Below, one piece after another: positions 9,249 through 18,493 of a stretch of DNA of 64,000 bases. Origin of the DNA: Roseibacillus sp. (lineage in GTDB: Bacteria; Verrucomicrobiota; Verrucomicrobiia; Verrucomicrobiales; Akkermansiaceae). Position numbers and translations under genes: made by a program. The first letter of the stretch is position 1. Each line of letters opens with the position of its first letter. Where the stretch lies: contig JBPOGI010000002.1 in the NCBI GenBank assembly GCA_051251855.1, forward strand, positions 544,001-608,000. The letters are read 5' to 3'. The notes beneath the pieces are model-generated. The model did not search any database. It was given only the letters and a program-made list of their open reading frames with translations, and was not told where the DNA came from.

Positions 9249-10745
9249 CTAGGAGGGGTTGAGGCCAAGAGTGGCGTCGGCGTGGGTCCGGAGTTGGTGG
9301 TAGGTATCAGGAGCGCTGGCGAGGTCGGTGCCGTAGCTGGGAACCATTTCCTTAAGCTTGGCTTGCCACTCGGGAAGGCGGTGGGAGAAGGCCTTCTCGA
9401 TGAGCTCGAGCATGATGTTGACGGCGGTGGAGGCTCCGGGGGAGGCTCCGAGTAGGGCGGCGAGGGAGCCGTCAGCAGCGACAATGGTTTCGGTGCCGAA
9501 TTGAAGGACGCCGCCCTTGTAGTCGTCGGATTTGATGACTTGGACGCGTTGGCCGGCGGTGACGAGGCGCCAGTTTTTGAGTTCGGCATCAGGGAAGAAC
9601 TCTTGCAGGGCTTCGAGGCGGTCTTCAGGAGACTGAAGACACTGCTCGATGAGGTATTTGGTGAGGTCGAGGTTATTGGCTCCGACGGCAAGCATGGGGG
9701 TGAGGTTGGAGAGCTTGACCGAGCTGGGGAGGTCGAGGATGGAGCCGGTTTTGAGGAACTTGGGGGAAAATCCAGCGAAGGGGCCGAAGAGGAGGGAGCG
9801 CTTGCCATCGATGACGCGGGTGTCGAGGTGGGGGACGGACATGGGCGGGGCGCCTACGGCGGCTTTACCGTAGACTTTGGCCTGGTGCTTGTTGACGACA
9901 TCGGGGTTGTCGCAGACGAGGAATTGGCCGCTTACGGGGAAACCTCCAAAGCCTTTTCCTTCTTTGATTTTCGATTTTTGGAGGAGGGGTAGGGAGGCTC
10001 CGCCTGCTCCGACGAAGACGAAGGGGGTGTCGATGGTGCGGTCGATGCCTTTGGTGAGGTTGCGGACTTCGACACGCCAGCGCCCGTCTTTTTGGCGCTC
10101 AAGGTCTTTCACGATGTGATGGGTGGCGAGGCGGATGTCGTCTTGGGCATCGAGGTATTCGACGAGGTTCTCAGTAAGGGCTCCGAAGTTGACGTCGGTG
10201 CCAGTCTTGACGCGGGTAGCGGCGACGACGTCGTCGTGGTCACGGCCTTCTAACAGGAGAGGAGCCCACTCGGCGATGACCTCGGGGTCGTCGCTGTATT
10301 CCATCTCGGAGAAGAAGTGATGGGACTTCATGGTCTCGTAGCGGCGCTTGAGATACTGGCGGTTCTCGTCGCCCCACACGAAGCTCATGTGTGGAATGGG
10401 TTGAATGAATTGTTCGGGCTTGGGGAGAACGCCGGCGTGGGTGAGGAAGGACCAGAATTGCTTGGACTGCTCGAAGGCTTCGTTGATGTCGAGAGCTTTG
10501 GAGATGTCGACGCTGCCGTCGTCGTTTTGCTTGGTGTAGTTCAGCTCGCAGAGCGCGGCGTGACCGGTGCCAGCATTGTTCCAAGGGTTGGAGCTTTCCT
10601 TGGCGACTTCGGCGAGGGCTTCGACGATCTGAATTTTGAGGGTGGGGTCGAGCTGGTGGAGGAGGACTCCCAAGGTTGCGCTCATTACTCCACCGCCGAT
10701 GAGAACGACATCGGCTTCTGCCATCGTTGCGACTCTTTCTTCCAT
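9249..10745 (-). CDS. mqo: Malate:quinone oxidoreductase
   Basis: DVVLIGGGVMSATLG, ESSNPWNNAGTGHAALCELNY, GAPPMSVPHLDTR, AGQRVQVIK, LLGASPGAST. Confidence 0.96.
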   Translation of the reverse strand: MEERVATMAEADVVLIGGGVMSATLGVLLHQLDPTLKIQIVEALAEVAKESSNPWNNAGTGHAALCELNYTKQNDDGSVDISKALDINEAFEQSKQFWSFLTHAGVLPKPEQFIQPIPHMSFVWGDENRQYLKRRYETMKSHHFFSEMEYSDDPEVIAEWAPLLLEGRDHDDVVAATRVKTGTDVNFGALTENLVEYLDAQDDIRLATHHIVKDLERQKDGRWRVEVRNLTKGIDRTIDTPFVFVGAGGASLPLLQKSKIKEGKGFGGFPVSGQFLVCDNPDVVNKHQAKVYGKAAVGAPPMSVPHLDTRVIDGKRSLLFGPFAGFSPKFLKTGSILDLPSSVKLSNLTPMLAVGANNLDLTKYLIEQCLQSPEDRLEALQEFFPDAELKNWRLVTAGQRVQVIKSDDYKGGVLQFGTETIVAADGSLAALLGASPGASTAVNIMLELIEKAFSHRLPEWQAKLKEMVPSYGTDLASAPDTYHQLRTHADATLGLNPS

Positions 10746-10841
10746 GAGCTTGGCGTCCCTTAGGTCGTTGGTTCTGTCAACAATTTGCCGATATCAATTC
10801 GGACTTTGTGTTCTTTTTGGGGGTGGAATAGGGTGCTGGTG

Positions 10842-11744
10842 GTGAATGAGCGTTTGAAGAATTTGTTGGAGAAGGCGAAGTCGGCTGGTGACTTGGCGGA
10901 AGGTCTCGCGAAGGAGGGAATCCAGAACGTGAGTAGTGCTTGGCAAGGGGTGGGCTTGTTTCGGTCGTTGTCGGCGCTTTCGGTGGCGGACCTAGAGAAG
11001 GATGAGACTCATTATTTGCTCATTCCTTTTTTCGGGGAGGAAGCTGGGGCGAGTCACTTTGTTTTGTTTTCTAAGCGGGTGATTCCTGAGGGCTATGGGG
11101 CGACGAATTCTTTGCCGAAAGAGCGGATTTTTCATTTGCCGGATTTGAGTGCTGAGGAGCGCTTGCGAGAGCAATTGACTTCAGCCTTTGCTGATTCAAG
11201 TAGGAAGGAGCAAGACGCGGGGGCGGGGTTGGCGGATCGATTGGAAGCGCTTGCGGAGCAGGTGGATCGGGAGACGGAGAAGTTGAGCGGCGGTTTCCTA
11301 TTGGTGGGAGGGCTCACTACGCTTCTCAATCCGATTGCGGGTGTGGGGATGATCGCAGGCGGAATTTTGCCGGCGATTACAGGAAAGTTGGCGAAATCGG
11401 GGGCGGCGGCCGCTGGAGACCAGTTGCGTGATTGGTCTGAGAAGAGGGCGCATAAGAAGAAGGAGAAGGCGGCCCGTGGAGAGGTGGCGAAGTTGAAGCC
11501 TCGAGTCTTTGTGAATCCGATTTTGAAGGTGTTGGAGGCTGCTTTGACGAACCCGACGGGGAGGGAGGACCCCTTGTTAGAGGGGAAGGGGTTGAACGAG
11601 GGCTTTCCGAATCATCGCTATCTTGCGGTGACGGCGGAGGGCGTTGCAGGGGTGTATGAGGATGTTTTGAAGAACAGCAGGGGGTCGTTGACTCCGGCGA
11701 TGAGGGCTTGGTTGGGGTCTTTGACTGAAGTGAGTGAGGGATGA
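10842..11744 (+). CDS. Conserved hypothetical protein with Gly-rich hydrophobic hairpin
   Basis: About 300-aa ORF with normal codon use and the hydrophobic stretch GGFLLVGGLTTLLNPIAGVGMIAGGIL. Start uncertain. Confidence 0.65.
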   Translation: MNERLKNLLEKAKSAGDLAEGLAKEGIQNVSSAWQGVGLFRSLSALSVADLEKDETHYLLIPFFGEEAGASHFVLFSKRVIPEGYGATNSLPKERIFHLPDLSAEERLREQLTSAFADSSRKEQDAGAGLADRLEALAEQVDRETEKLSGGFLLVGGLTTLLNPIAGVGMIAGGILPAITGKLAKSGAAAAGDQLRDWSEKRAHKKKEKAARGEVAKLKPRVFVNPILKVLEAALTNPTGREDPLLEGKGLNEGFPNHRYLAVTAEGVAGVYEDVLKNSRGSLTPAMRAWLGSLTEVSEG

Positions 11745-11842
11745 ACCTGCGGTAGCGGCGTCTCGGCGAGGCATCTCCCCCCGTGGTCCATTTTCCGCAA
11801 TTCCGGCTTTTGTGGGGAGGGTGTAGGCTTTAGCTTGGGGCC

Positions 11843-12931
11843 ATGGAATCGTCACAGGATTGGTGGAAGTCGCGGGATTTGCCCGAGCGGCTGGGTCCAA
11901 TGATGACGAAGGAGTTGCGGCAAGGCTTGAGACGTGGGTTGTTCCTGTTTCCATTCATTGGCATTCAGATTCTCTCGGTTGCGGCGATGGCAGTGGAGTT
12001 TCAGATGAATATCGATGATATCGAGAAGTCGACTCCTTATGGTGGGCCGTTGAATTTTTTGATGTTTTTCCCGGGGGAGATGTTCTCAGGTCCGTTCTGG
12101 GTGGTGGTGGGATTGGTTTGTTTGGTGCTCATGCCGCTGGGAGGGCTGATGTTGATGGGGCAGGAGCTGGAGGAGGGGAACCATGAACTGTTGCTGATGA
12201 CTCCACTGAGTCGATGGAAAGTGGTGCAGGGTAAATTCATCACGCTGTGGGGCATTTGCCTGCTGACGTTCTCGTCGTTGATGCCGTATGCGATTGTACG
12301 CTACTTCATCGGGGGTATCGATGTCGGGCGGAATATTGGGTTGGCGCTGACGGTGATTTTGGGGTCGGGGATTATCGCGGCGGGGGCAATAGGGGCGTCG
12401 TCGTTTCGAGGGATGATTGCGAGGATTGGAATCTTGGGATTGTTCCTAGGATCGCTGGCGCTATCGTTGATGGCGAGTGTGATGAGTGCGGCGGCGCGCA
12501 CAGAAGGGGCGGGGGTGTTTTTCCATCTCAATGCTTACGGGATCTTCTTTTGTTACACAGTGTTAGGGCTGGCGATGGCGCGTTCGCGCATTCGGTTGGT
12601 GGTTCATCATTATGAGGTGAAGCCGAGCTGGATGATTATCGGGCTGTTGTTCTTCACACCCTTCGTGATTGGTATGGCGGCAGCGGTGACGACGGGTTAT
12701 GCGGGGTTTTTAGGCTCCATAGGAATGGGCTTTGTGGCCTGGTTTGCAGATGTGACGCCGAAGGCTCCGGCTTGGGTGAATGCTCCGAATTCGAATGTTC
12801 CGCAGCCTCCACAGTTGCCGTCTGAGGGGCTGAGTGATGTGGGGGTGGAGTCGTCGGTAAATACGGAGGTGAGTGAAAAAGACCCTGAGACGAATTCTCT
12901 GGGGCCGGTCGAAGACCGGCGCTCCCAGTAA
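11843..12931 (+). CDS. ABC-2-type permease-like membrane protein (PVC type)
   Basis: PMMTKELRQGLR, ELEEGNHELLLMTPLSRWKVVQGKF, multiple TM helices. Confidence 0.75.
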   Translation: MESSQDWWKSRDLPERLGPMMTKELRQGLRRGLFLFPFIGIQILSVAAMAVEFQMNIDDIEKSTPYGGPLNFLMFFPGEMFSGPFWVVVGLVCLVLMPLGGLMLMGQELEEGNHELLLMTPLSRWKVVQGKFITLWGICLLTFSSLMPYAIVRYFIGGIDVGRNIGLALTVILGSGIIAAGAIGASSFRGMIARIGILGLFLGSLALSLMASVMSAAARTEGAGVFFHLNAYGIFFCYTVLGLAMARSRIRLVVHHYEVKPSWMIIGLLFFTPFVIGMAAAVTTGYAGFLGSIGMGFVAWFADVTPKAPAWVNAPNSNVPQPPQLPSEGLSDVGVESSVNTEVSEKDPETNSLGPVEDRRSQ

Positions 12932-12982
12932 CGGACCTTTTTATTTGAGGGAGAGAGGGTTTCGGGGCACTGTGGAAGTGTT

Positions 12983-13267
12983 GTGGCAAAAAAGCAGAGT
13001 TTCCTCCTCGATATTTGGTTCTTTTCGAAAGCGTTGTTGCACGATCGGACCACGCGGAGGCGCTTTTTGGCCTATTTGCTGATAGTGGTTCTGACGTTAT
13101 TGATTTTGGGGAATTGGCCGTTGAGTTCGTGGGTGGAGCAGACGAAGCCACGCTTCGCTGTTTGGTGGGGCGGTACGATGTTCCTGACAGTCTGGATGTT
13201 TCTGCTGGCGCTGTATGATGCTTCGAGAGTGAGGAAAGAGATTTTCGACGAAGAGGATCCTTCTTGA
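12983..13267 (+). CDS. Small two-TM hypothetical membrane protein
   Basis: Two hydrophobic helices; lies between co-oriented genes. Confidence 0.65.
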   Translation: MAKKQSFLLDIWFFSKALLHDRTTRRRFLAYLLIVVLTLLILGNWPLSSWVEQTKPRFAVWWGGTMFLTVWMFLLALYDASRVRKEIFDEEDPS

Positions 13268-13314
13268 ACGGGTTGTAAGCTTGCGAAAATTTTTCCCGTG
13301 CGGAAGATGCGGGC

Positions 13315-14646
13315 ATGACTCCCGCACTAGAAGACCTTTTTGCCGTTCTCCGCTTTCCTAGTATCTCGACTGACTCCAATCATGCTGCCGATGTGCGTGC
13401 TTGTGCGCAGTGGTATGTCGATAAGTTCCAAAAAATGGGGCTTTCCGTTGAGCTGGCAGAGACCGCGAAACATCCTATTGTGGTAGCGAAGAACGAGCCT
13501 GTGGCAGGGCGGAAGACGGTGCTGATTTATGGTCACTATGATGTTCAACCAGTGGATCCGCTTGAGCTGTGGGACAGTGCACCGTTTGAGCCTGTTATCA
13601 AGGATGGGAAGATTTGGGCAAGGGGAGCGACAGACAATAAGGGGCAGCACATGGCGCATCTCTTGGGAGTAGAGGAGACGTTGAAGGAGAAAGGGGAGTT
13701 GCCAGTGAACTTAATTTTCCTATTGGAGGGCGAAGAGGAAATCGGGAGTCCTAATTTGCCCGGGTTTTTGGAGGAGCGAAAGGAGGAGCTAGCCTGTGAT
13801 GTCATTGCGGTGAGTGATACTGGAATGGTGGCTGACGGGGTGCCGACGCTGGGGTATGGGTTGAGGGGAATCACTTGTTGCGAGGTGAAGGTCATGGGGC
13901 CGGATAAGGACCTGCATTCGGGAGTTTATGGCGGAGCGGTGGCGAACCCGGCGACGGCGGCGGCGCAATTGATTGCCAGCTTGCATGATGATGAAGGCAA
14001 GGTGGCGGTGGAGGGGTTCTATAATGAGGTTGAGCCGCTGGCGGATTGGGAGCGTGAGATGTGGAGCAAGGTTCCCGGAATGACGAAGGAGGATGTGTTG
14101 GAGGTGACTGGGTCACCTGACTTGTTTGGTGAGGTGGGTTACTCTTCGGCGGAGCGGTTGTGGGCTCGACCCACATGTGAGGTGAATGGGATGTGGGGCG
14201 GATATCAGGGCGAGGGGTCGAAGACGGTTCTTCCTGCGGAGGCGGGTTTCAAGTTATCGTGTCGTCTCGTGCCAGACCAAGATCCGGATGTCGTTTTGGA
14301 GCGCGTGAGAAAGCATTTGGAGGCTCATGTTCCGGCGGGAGTGAAGATTGAGTTCGAGGCTGGGCATTCGGGGAAGGCGTATGTGGCGGATCCGCATTCG
14401 GAGGCAGGCAAGGCGGCGCAGGCGGCTTTGGAAGAGGTGTTTGGGAAGGCTCCGGTGCTGATTCGGGAGGGAGGGAGTATTCCGATTATTCAGAGTATGA
14501 AGGAGATTTTGGGGACGGATACCTTGATGCTGGGGCTGGCGCTGCCGGATTGTCAGATTCACTCGCCTAATGAGAACTTTACGGTGAAGAACTTTGAAGC
14601 GGGGATTCAGTTGAGTCGGGTGTTGTTGGATAAGTTGGGAGCTTGA
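13315..14646 (+). CDS. M20 family dipeptidase
   Basis: YGHYDVQP, ARGATDNKG, EGEEEIGS, DLHSG, IHSPNE. Confidence 0.92.
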   Translation: MTPALEDLFAVLRFPSISTDSNHAADVRACAQWYVDKFQKMGLSVELAETAKHPIVVAKNEPVAGRKTVLIYGHYDVQPVDPLELWDSAPFEPVIKDGKIWARGATDNKGQHMAHLLGVEETLKEKGELPVNLIFLLEGEEEIGSPNLPGFLEERKEELACDVIAVSDTGMVADGVPTLGYGLRGITCCEVKVMGPDKDLHSGVYGGAVANPATAAAQLIASLHDDEGKVAVEGFYNEVEPLADWEREMWSKVPGMTKEDVLEVTGSPDLFGEVGYSSAERLWARPTCEVNGMWGGYQGEGSKTVLPAEAGFKLSCRLVPDQDPDVVLERVRKHLEAHVPAGVKIEFEAGHSGKAYVADPHSEAGKAAQAALEEVFGKAPVLIREGGSIPIIQSMKEILGTDTLMLGLALPDCQIHSPNENFTVKNFEAGIQLSRVLLDKLGA

Positions 14647-14670
14647 GTTGGAGGAAAGACTTGTGTTTTT

Positions 14671-14700
14671 AACCGCAGATGAACGCGGATAAACCCAGGT
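14671..14700 (+). repeat. 10-bp-period tandem repeat (aaccgcagat gaacgcggat aaacccaggt)
   Basis: Three units, same family as 4627. Confidence 0.6.
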
Positions 14701-14849
14701 TTGACGGTTCGGGATGGGAGTTTTGAACTTTGTGTTTCAGAGATGACGAGCGGTAATTTTTGGGGCTTTTTTAGGGTTGGCTGAGTTGCGTTTTCCAGCA
14801 CTTGCCCTTTTTTGAAATCGCTCCATATTGCGACACCTTTTTTCACGCT

Positions 14850-15626
14850 ATGATTGTTCTTTTATCTCCTGCTAAGTCTCTTGACTACGATTCGCCTTTG
14901 TTGACGAAGAAGTCGACCAAGCCTCGCTTTATTGATGATTCTGCCGAATTGGTGCAGGGGCTCAGGAAGCTCTCAGAGGCGCAGGTGGGAAAGTTGATGT
15001 CGATTAGTGACAAGCTGGCGGAGTTGAACCATGAGCGTTTCGCAGCTTGGGAATCTGACTTTACAAAGGAGAATTCGCGGCAAGCGATTCTGGCTTTTAC
15101 GGGTGATGTTTATCAGGGGATGGAGTTGACGGAGTGGAGCACGGAAGATTTCGCGAGGGCTCAAAAACAGGTAAGGATTCTCTCGGGCCTCTATGGGGTG
15201 CTGCGTCCGTTAGATTTGATGCAGCCTTACCGGCTCGAAATGGGGACTCAATTTAAGAATGCTCGGGGTAAGAATCTCTATGAATTTTGGGGGAGTCAGG
15301 TGACGACTCTGTTGAACAAAGATTTGAAGAAGTCGGGTAGTGAGGTGGTGGTGAACTTGGCCTCGAATGAGTATTTCTCGGCGGTGAAGAAAGGGGAGTT
15401 GGCGGGTGAGCTGGTGACTCCGGTTTTTAAGGATGAGAAAAATGGGAAGTATAAGATCATCTCGTTTTTTGCGAAGAAGGCGCGGGGGATGATGGCCGAC
15501 TTCATTGTCCGCGAGGGGATTGATGCAGCGGCGGATTTGAAGAAGTTTAAGGGGGGAGGCTATCGCTACAGTGCGAAGGAGTCGGAGGGGAATACCTTGG
15601 TGTTTCTGCGTAAGGAGCAGAAGTAG
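14850..15626 (+). CDS. yaaA: Peroxide stress resistance protein YaaA
   Basis: MIVLLSPAKSLDY, LSGLYGVLRPLDLMQPYRLEMGT, NLASNEY, SFFAKKARG. Confidence 0.95.
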   Translation: MIVLLSPAKSLDYDSPLLTKKSTKPRFIDDSAELVQGLRKLSEAQVGKLMSISDKLAELNHERFAAWESDFTKENSRQAILAFTGDVYQGMELTEWSTEDFARAQKQVRILSGLYGVLRPLDLMQPYRLEMGTQFKNARGKNLYEFWGSQVTTLLNKDLKKSGSEVVVNLASNEYFSAVKKGELAGELVTPVFKDEKNGKYKIISFFAKKARGMMADFIVREGIDAAADLKKFKGGGYRYSAKESEGNTLVFLRKEQK

Positions 15627-15641
15627 AGACTTTAAGAAGCG

Positions 15642-18323
15642 TTAGGAAGCTCCGCTGAGATGTCGCGCGGTGGCGAGGGTGTCGATGTCTGCGGGGCCTT
15701 TGTCGCGTCGGATGGCTTTGATGCGAGGGAAGCGGAGGGCGAGACCGGAGTTGTGGCGCTTGGAGGGATTGATGGAGTCGAAAGCGATTTCGAGGACGAT
15801 GGTGGGTTCGACCCAGTGCACGCGGCGCTTGGTTTCGAGGGTGGTGCGCTTGAAGTATTCGGTGAGGTCTTCGATTTCTTCGTCGGTGAGGCCGGAATAG
15901 GCTTTGCCGATGGTGACGAGTTCGTTGGTGCGTTCGTCGCGGATGGCGAAGGTGTAGTCGGAGAGGACTTCGGCGCGGCGTCCGTGGCCTTGTTGAGCGG
16001 CGATGACGACGCAGTCGAGGGTGGGCATCACGCCTTTGAGCTTGAGCCAGGATTTTCCGCGCCGGCCCGGGGAGTAGGGAGAGTCTGGTTCTTTGGCGAT
16101 AAGGCCTTCGTGGCCGGCGGCGAGAGAGTGTTTGAAGTGTTGTTCGATTTCTTCGATGGAGTCGGCTTGGTAGTGGTCGATGAGGGAAAAGGAAGCGGGG
16201 AGGGAGAGTTTTTCGAGAGTCTTTCGTCGCTTGTGGTAAGGCTCTTCGAGGAGGTCTTTGCCTTCTTGCCAGAGGATGTCGAAGGCGATGAAGTGAACGG
16301 GGATGGCTTCGCCAAGGAAGAGGTCGCCTTGATGGCGCTTGCGGCCGAGGCGCTTTTGGAGGTCGAAGAAGTTGAGTTGTCGTCCTTCGGCAAAGGCGAT
16401 GAGTTCGCCGTCGAGGATGCAGGAGGAGGGAAGTGATTGGGCGGCGGTGATGATTTCGGGGAATTCGTCACTGAGGTCGCGCAGGTCGCGTGAAAAAAGG
16501 GACGTGCCTTCGGGAGAGTGATGAAGTTGGGCACGAATGCCGTCGTGTTTGGGTTCGAGGTGGATTGGGAAGGCTGTGCTGAGGCGGTTGAAGATGGCTT
16601 CGGCGTCAGGCTCAGGAGAGGCGAGCATGGGCGCGAGTGGGGTGTGAACTTGCAGTTTGGCTTCTTCGAGTTTGTTCTCTTTTGCTAGCTGAGTGGTGAG
16701 GGCGAGGTCGCCGAGAAGCATGTGCGCTTTGCGGACCGCAGCGGGATTGGCGTTGAAGGCTTGGGCGATGGCGTCTTCGAGGAGGGCTGTTTTGAGGCCG
16801 GCGCGGAGGTCTCCAGTGAGAAGGCGGACGAGAAATTCGGATTCGAGGGGAGAGAGGGTGCGGAAGAGGTCGGCGAGGAGGGCTGTCTTTTGGAGGGAGC
16901 CTTTGGTGGCGGCAATGGTTTGGAAGAAGAGGGAGAAGTCTTGGAGGGTCTGGTGTTCGGTGGGGTTGTGGTCTTGGGGTGGGAATTGTTCGAGTAGGAG
17001 GCGAGCGGTGCGGGCGGACTCGGCAGTCGTTTTTGAGAGTTGGCGATAGGTGGCAAGGGGTGCTTTGGTAGCCTCGAGTAGTGCTTGGCGAATGATGGCG
17101 TTGCCGAGGGTGAGGGCCTTTCGTTTTCCGAGGAGGCGGTTGGAAAGGAAGTGGATGGTGTGGGGCAGGAGGTCGTCGTTGAGTTGTTGCAGATGGTTGG
17201 AGACAAGGGAGGTTTTTCGCAGGCGGGAGGAGGCCGCGGCGACTTCGGTAACGACGGCGGCGAGTTGGGAAAGTTCGGTGTTCCGTTGGGGTTTGGACTG
17301 GGTTGAAGGAGTGGGGGCTGTCTTTTCGGGAGCTTGCAGGGATAGTTCGATTTGGTCGTCGCCGTAGATAGACCAGGCTTCGTAGCCGCGCTGGCGCAGG
17401 TCGCGAGCGAACTCGCGGGTGGAGCCGTGGAGGGTGAGGACTTGCTTGGGTTTGACCTGCGCGACAGTTTCTAACAACTCTTGGTAGTCGGCGTGGTCGG
17501 AGAGGGGGAAGGCTGCGTCGGTTTGGTAGCGGTATTGGGCGCCTGGGGTTTGGGCCCAGCCAGAGAGCATGGCGATGCGCCGTTTTTTAAGTGCGCGGAT
17601 TTGTTTGGAGCGGACGGCGTTGGGAGGGGCAACGAGGACGTGGCCCGGGGGGAGTGTTCCTTCGAAAAGGGGCGGGGGTGGGTAATTGAGTCCGGCTTCG
17701 TGGCAAGCGACAGACATTTCGGCGACGGTTTTGTGCGCGGTGGCGGGGATGTTGGCTTCGTGAAGGAGGGCGAGGGCTTCTTGTGCCTTGCCGAGGGAGT
17801 AGCCGAGGAGGATGGGTTGTTCGCCGTCGTCGAGGGTGGATTGCACGAAGTGGAGGATGTCGCGGGTGACTTCTTCGCGGGGAGGAAAGATGAACTGGGG
17901 ACGGCCGAAGGTGGTCTCCATGATGAGGATGTCGGCGGGGAGGAGTTCGGTCTTTTCGCTGGTGAGGGAGTCGCGCAGCTTGTAGTCGCCGGTGTAGAGA
18001 GCGGTGGCTCCGTCGGAGAGACGGGTGGCATGTATCATGGCGGAACCGAAGATGTGACCGGCGGGGAGGAGGCGGATTTCGAAGCCGTTGATGAGGGTGA
18101 CTTCGTGGTAGGGGATGGTTTCGATGCGGGAGGCGGCGACGCGAAAGCGCTTGTGCAGGAGGTGACCGGTGACGGGGGAGCAGAGGATGCGTTCGTGGCG
18201 CGCGAAGTGGTCTGCGTGCGCGTGGGAGATGAAGGCGAATGGGTTGGGCCGGTGGGGGTCGAGGAAGAGGTCGAGTTCCGGCCAGTGGAGGGCAGGTCGG
18301 GTTTTGACTTCGATGAGGGGCAC
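15642..18323 (-). CDS. Fusion of MBL/beta-CASP-type exonuclease and ATP-dependent DNA ligase
   Basis: N-terminal SHAHADH, AGHIFGSA, YTGDY, ETTFG, GYSLGKAQ, LSDHAD. C-terminal ligase motifs EPKHDGIRAQ, LDGEL, FDIL, EGLIAK, WLKLK, LRFPR. Confidence 0.92.
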   Translation of the reverse strand: MPLIEVKTRPALHWPELDLFLDPHRPNPFAFISHAHADHFARHERILCSPVTGHLLHKRFRVAASRIETIPYHEVTLINGFEIRLLPAGHIFGSAMIHATRLSDGATALYTGDYKLRDSLTSEKTELLPADILIMETTFGRPQFIFPPREEVTRDILHFVQSTLDDGEQPILLGYSLGKAQEALALLHEANIPATAHKTVAEMSVACHEAGLNYPPPPLFEGTLPPGHVLVAPPNAVRSKQIRALKKRRIAMLSGWAQTPGAQYRYQTDAAFPLSDHADYQELLETVAQVKPKQVLTLHGSTREFARDLRQRGYEAWSIYGDDQIELSLQAPEKTAPTPSTQSKPQRNTELSQLAAVVTEVAAASSRLRKTSLVSNHLQQLNDDLLPHTIHFLSNRLLGKRKALTLGNAIIRQALLEATKAPLATYRQLSKTTAESARTARLLLEQFPPQDHNPTEHQTLQDFSLFFQTIAATKGSLQKTALLADLFRTLSPLESEFLVRLLTGDLRAGLKTALLEDAIAQAFNANPAAVRKAHMLLGDLALTTQLAKENKLEEAKLQVHTPLAPMLASPEPDAEAIFNRLSTAFPIHLEPKHDGIRAQLHHSPEGTSLFSRDLRDLSDEFPEIITAAQSLPSSCILDGELIAFAEGRQLNFFDLQKRLGRKRHQGDLFLGEAIPVHFIAFDILWQEGKDLLEEPYHKRRKTLEKLSLPASFSLIDHYQADSIEEIEQHFKHSLAAGHEGLIAKEPDSPYSPGRRGKSWLKLKGVMPTLDCVVIAAQQGHGRRAEVLSDYTFAIRDERTNELVTIGKAYSGLTDEEIEDLTEYFKRTTLETKRRVHWVEPTIVLEIAFDSINPSKRHNSGLALRFPRIKAIRRDKGPADIDTLATARHLSGAS

Positions 18324-18394
18324 GAGGGAGCTTACACCCTTTTTAGAAAGAGGAAACTGGGGAGGTGGTTTTGGTCGGGCTGGTAGGGTTTTTT

Positions 18395-18431
18395 AACCGC
18401 AGAGACGCAGAGGTCGCTGAGGAACACAGAG
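18395..18431 (+). repeat. Short-period tandem repeat (aaccgcagag acgcagag gtcgctgag gaacacagag)
   Basis: Four 8-10 bp units with a (C)GCAGAG-like core. Related to 4627 and 14671. Confidence 0.55.
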
Positions 18432-18493
18432 ATTTTGGGAAGAGTTTTTCAGGGGCGGACTGGTGGGGGGCGGCAGTGAAGGCTGCTCCTCCC

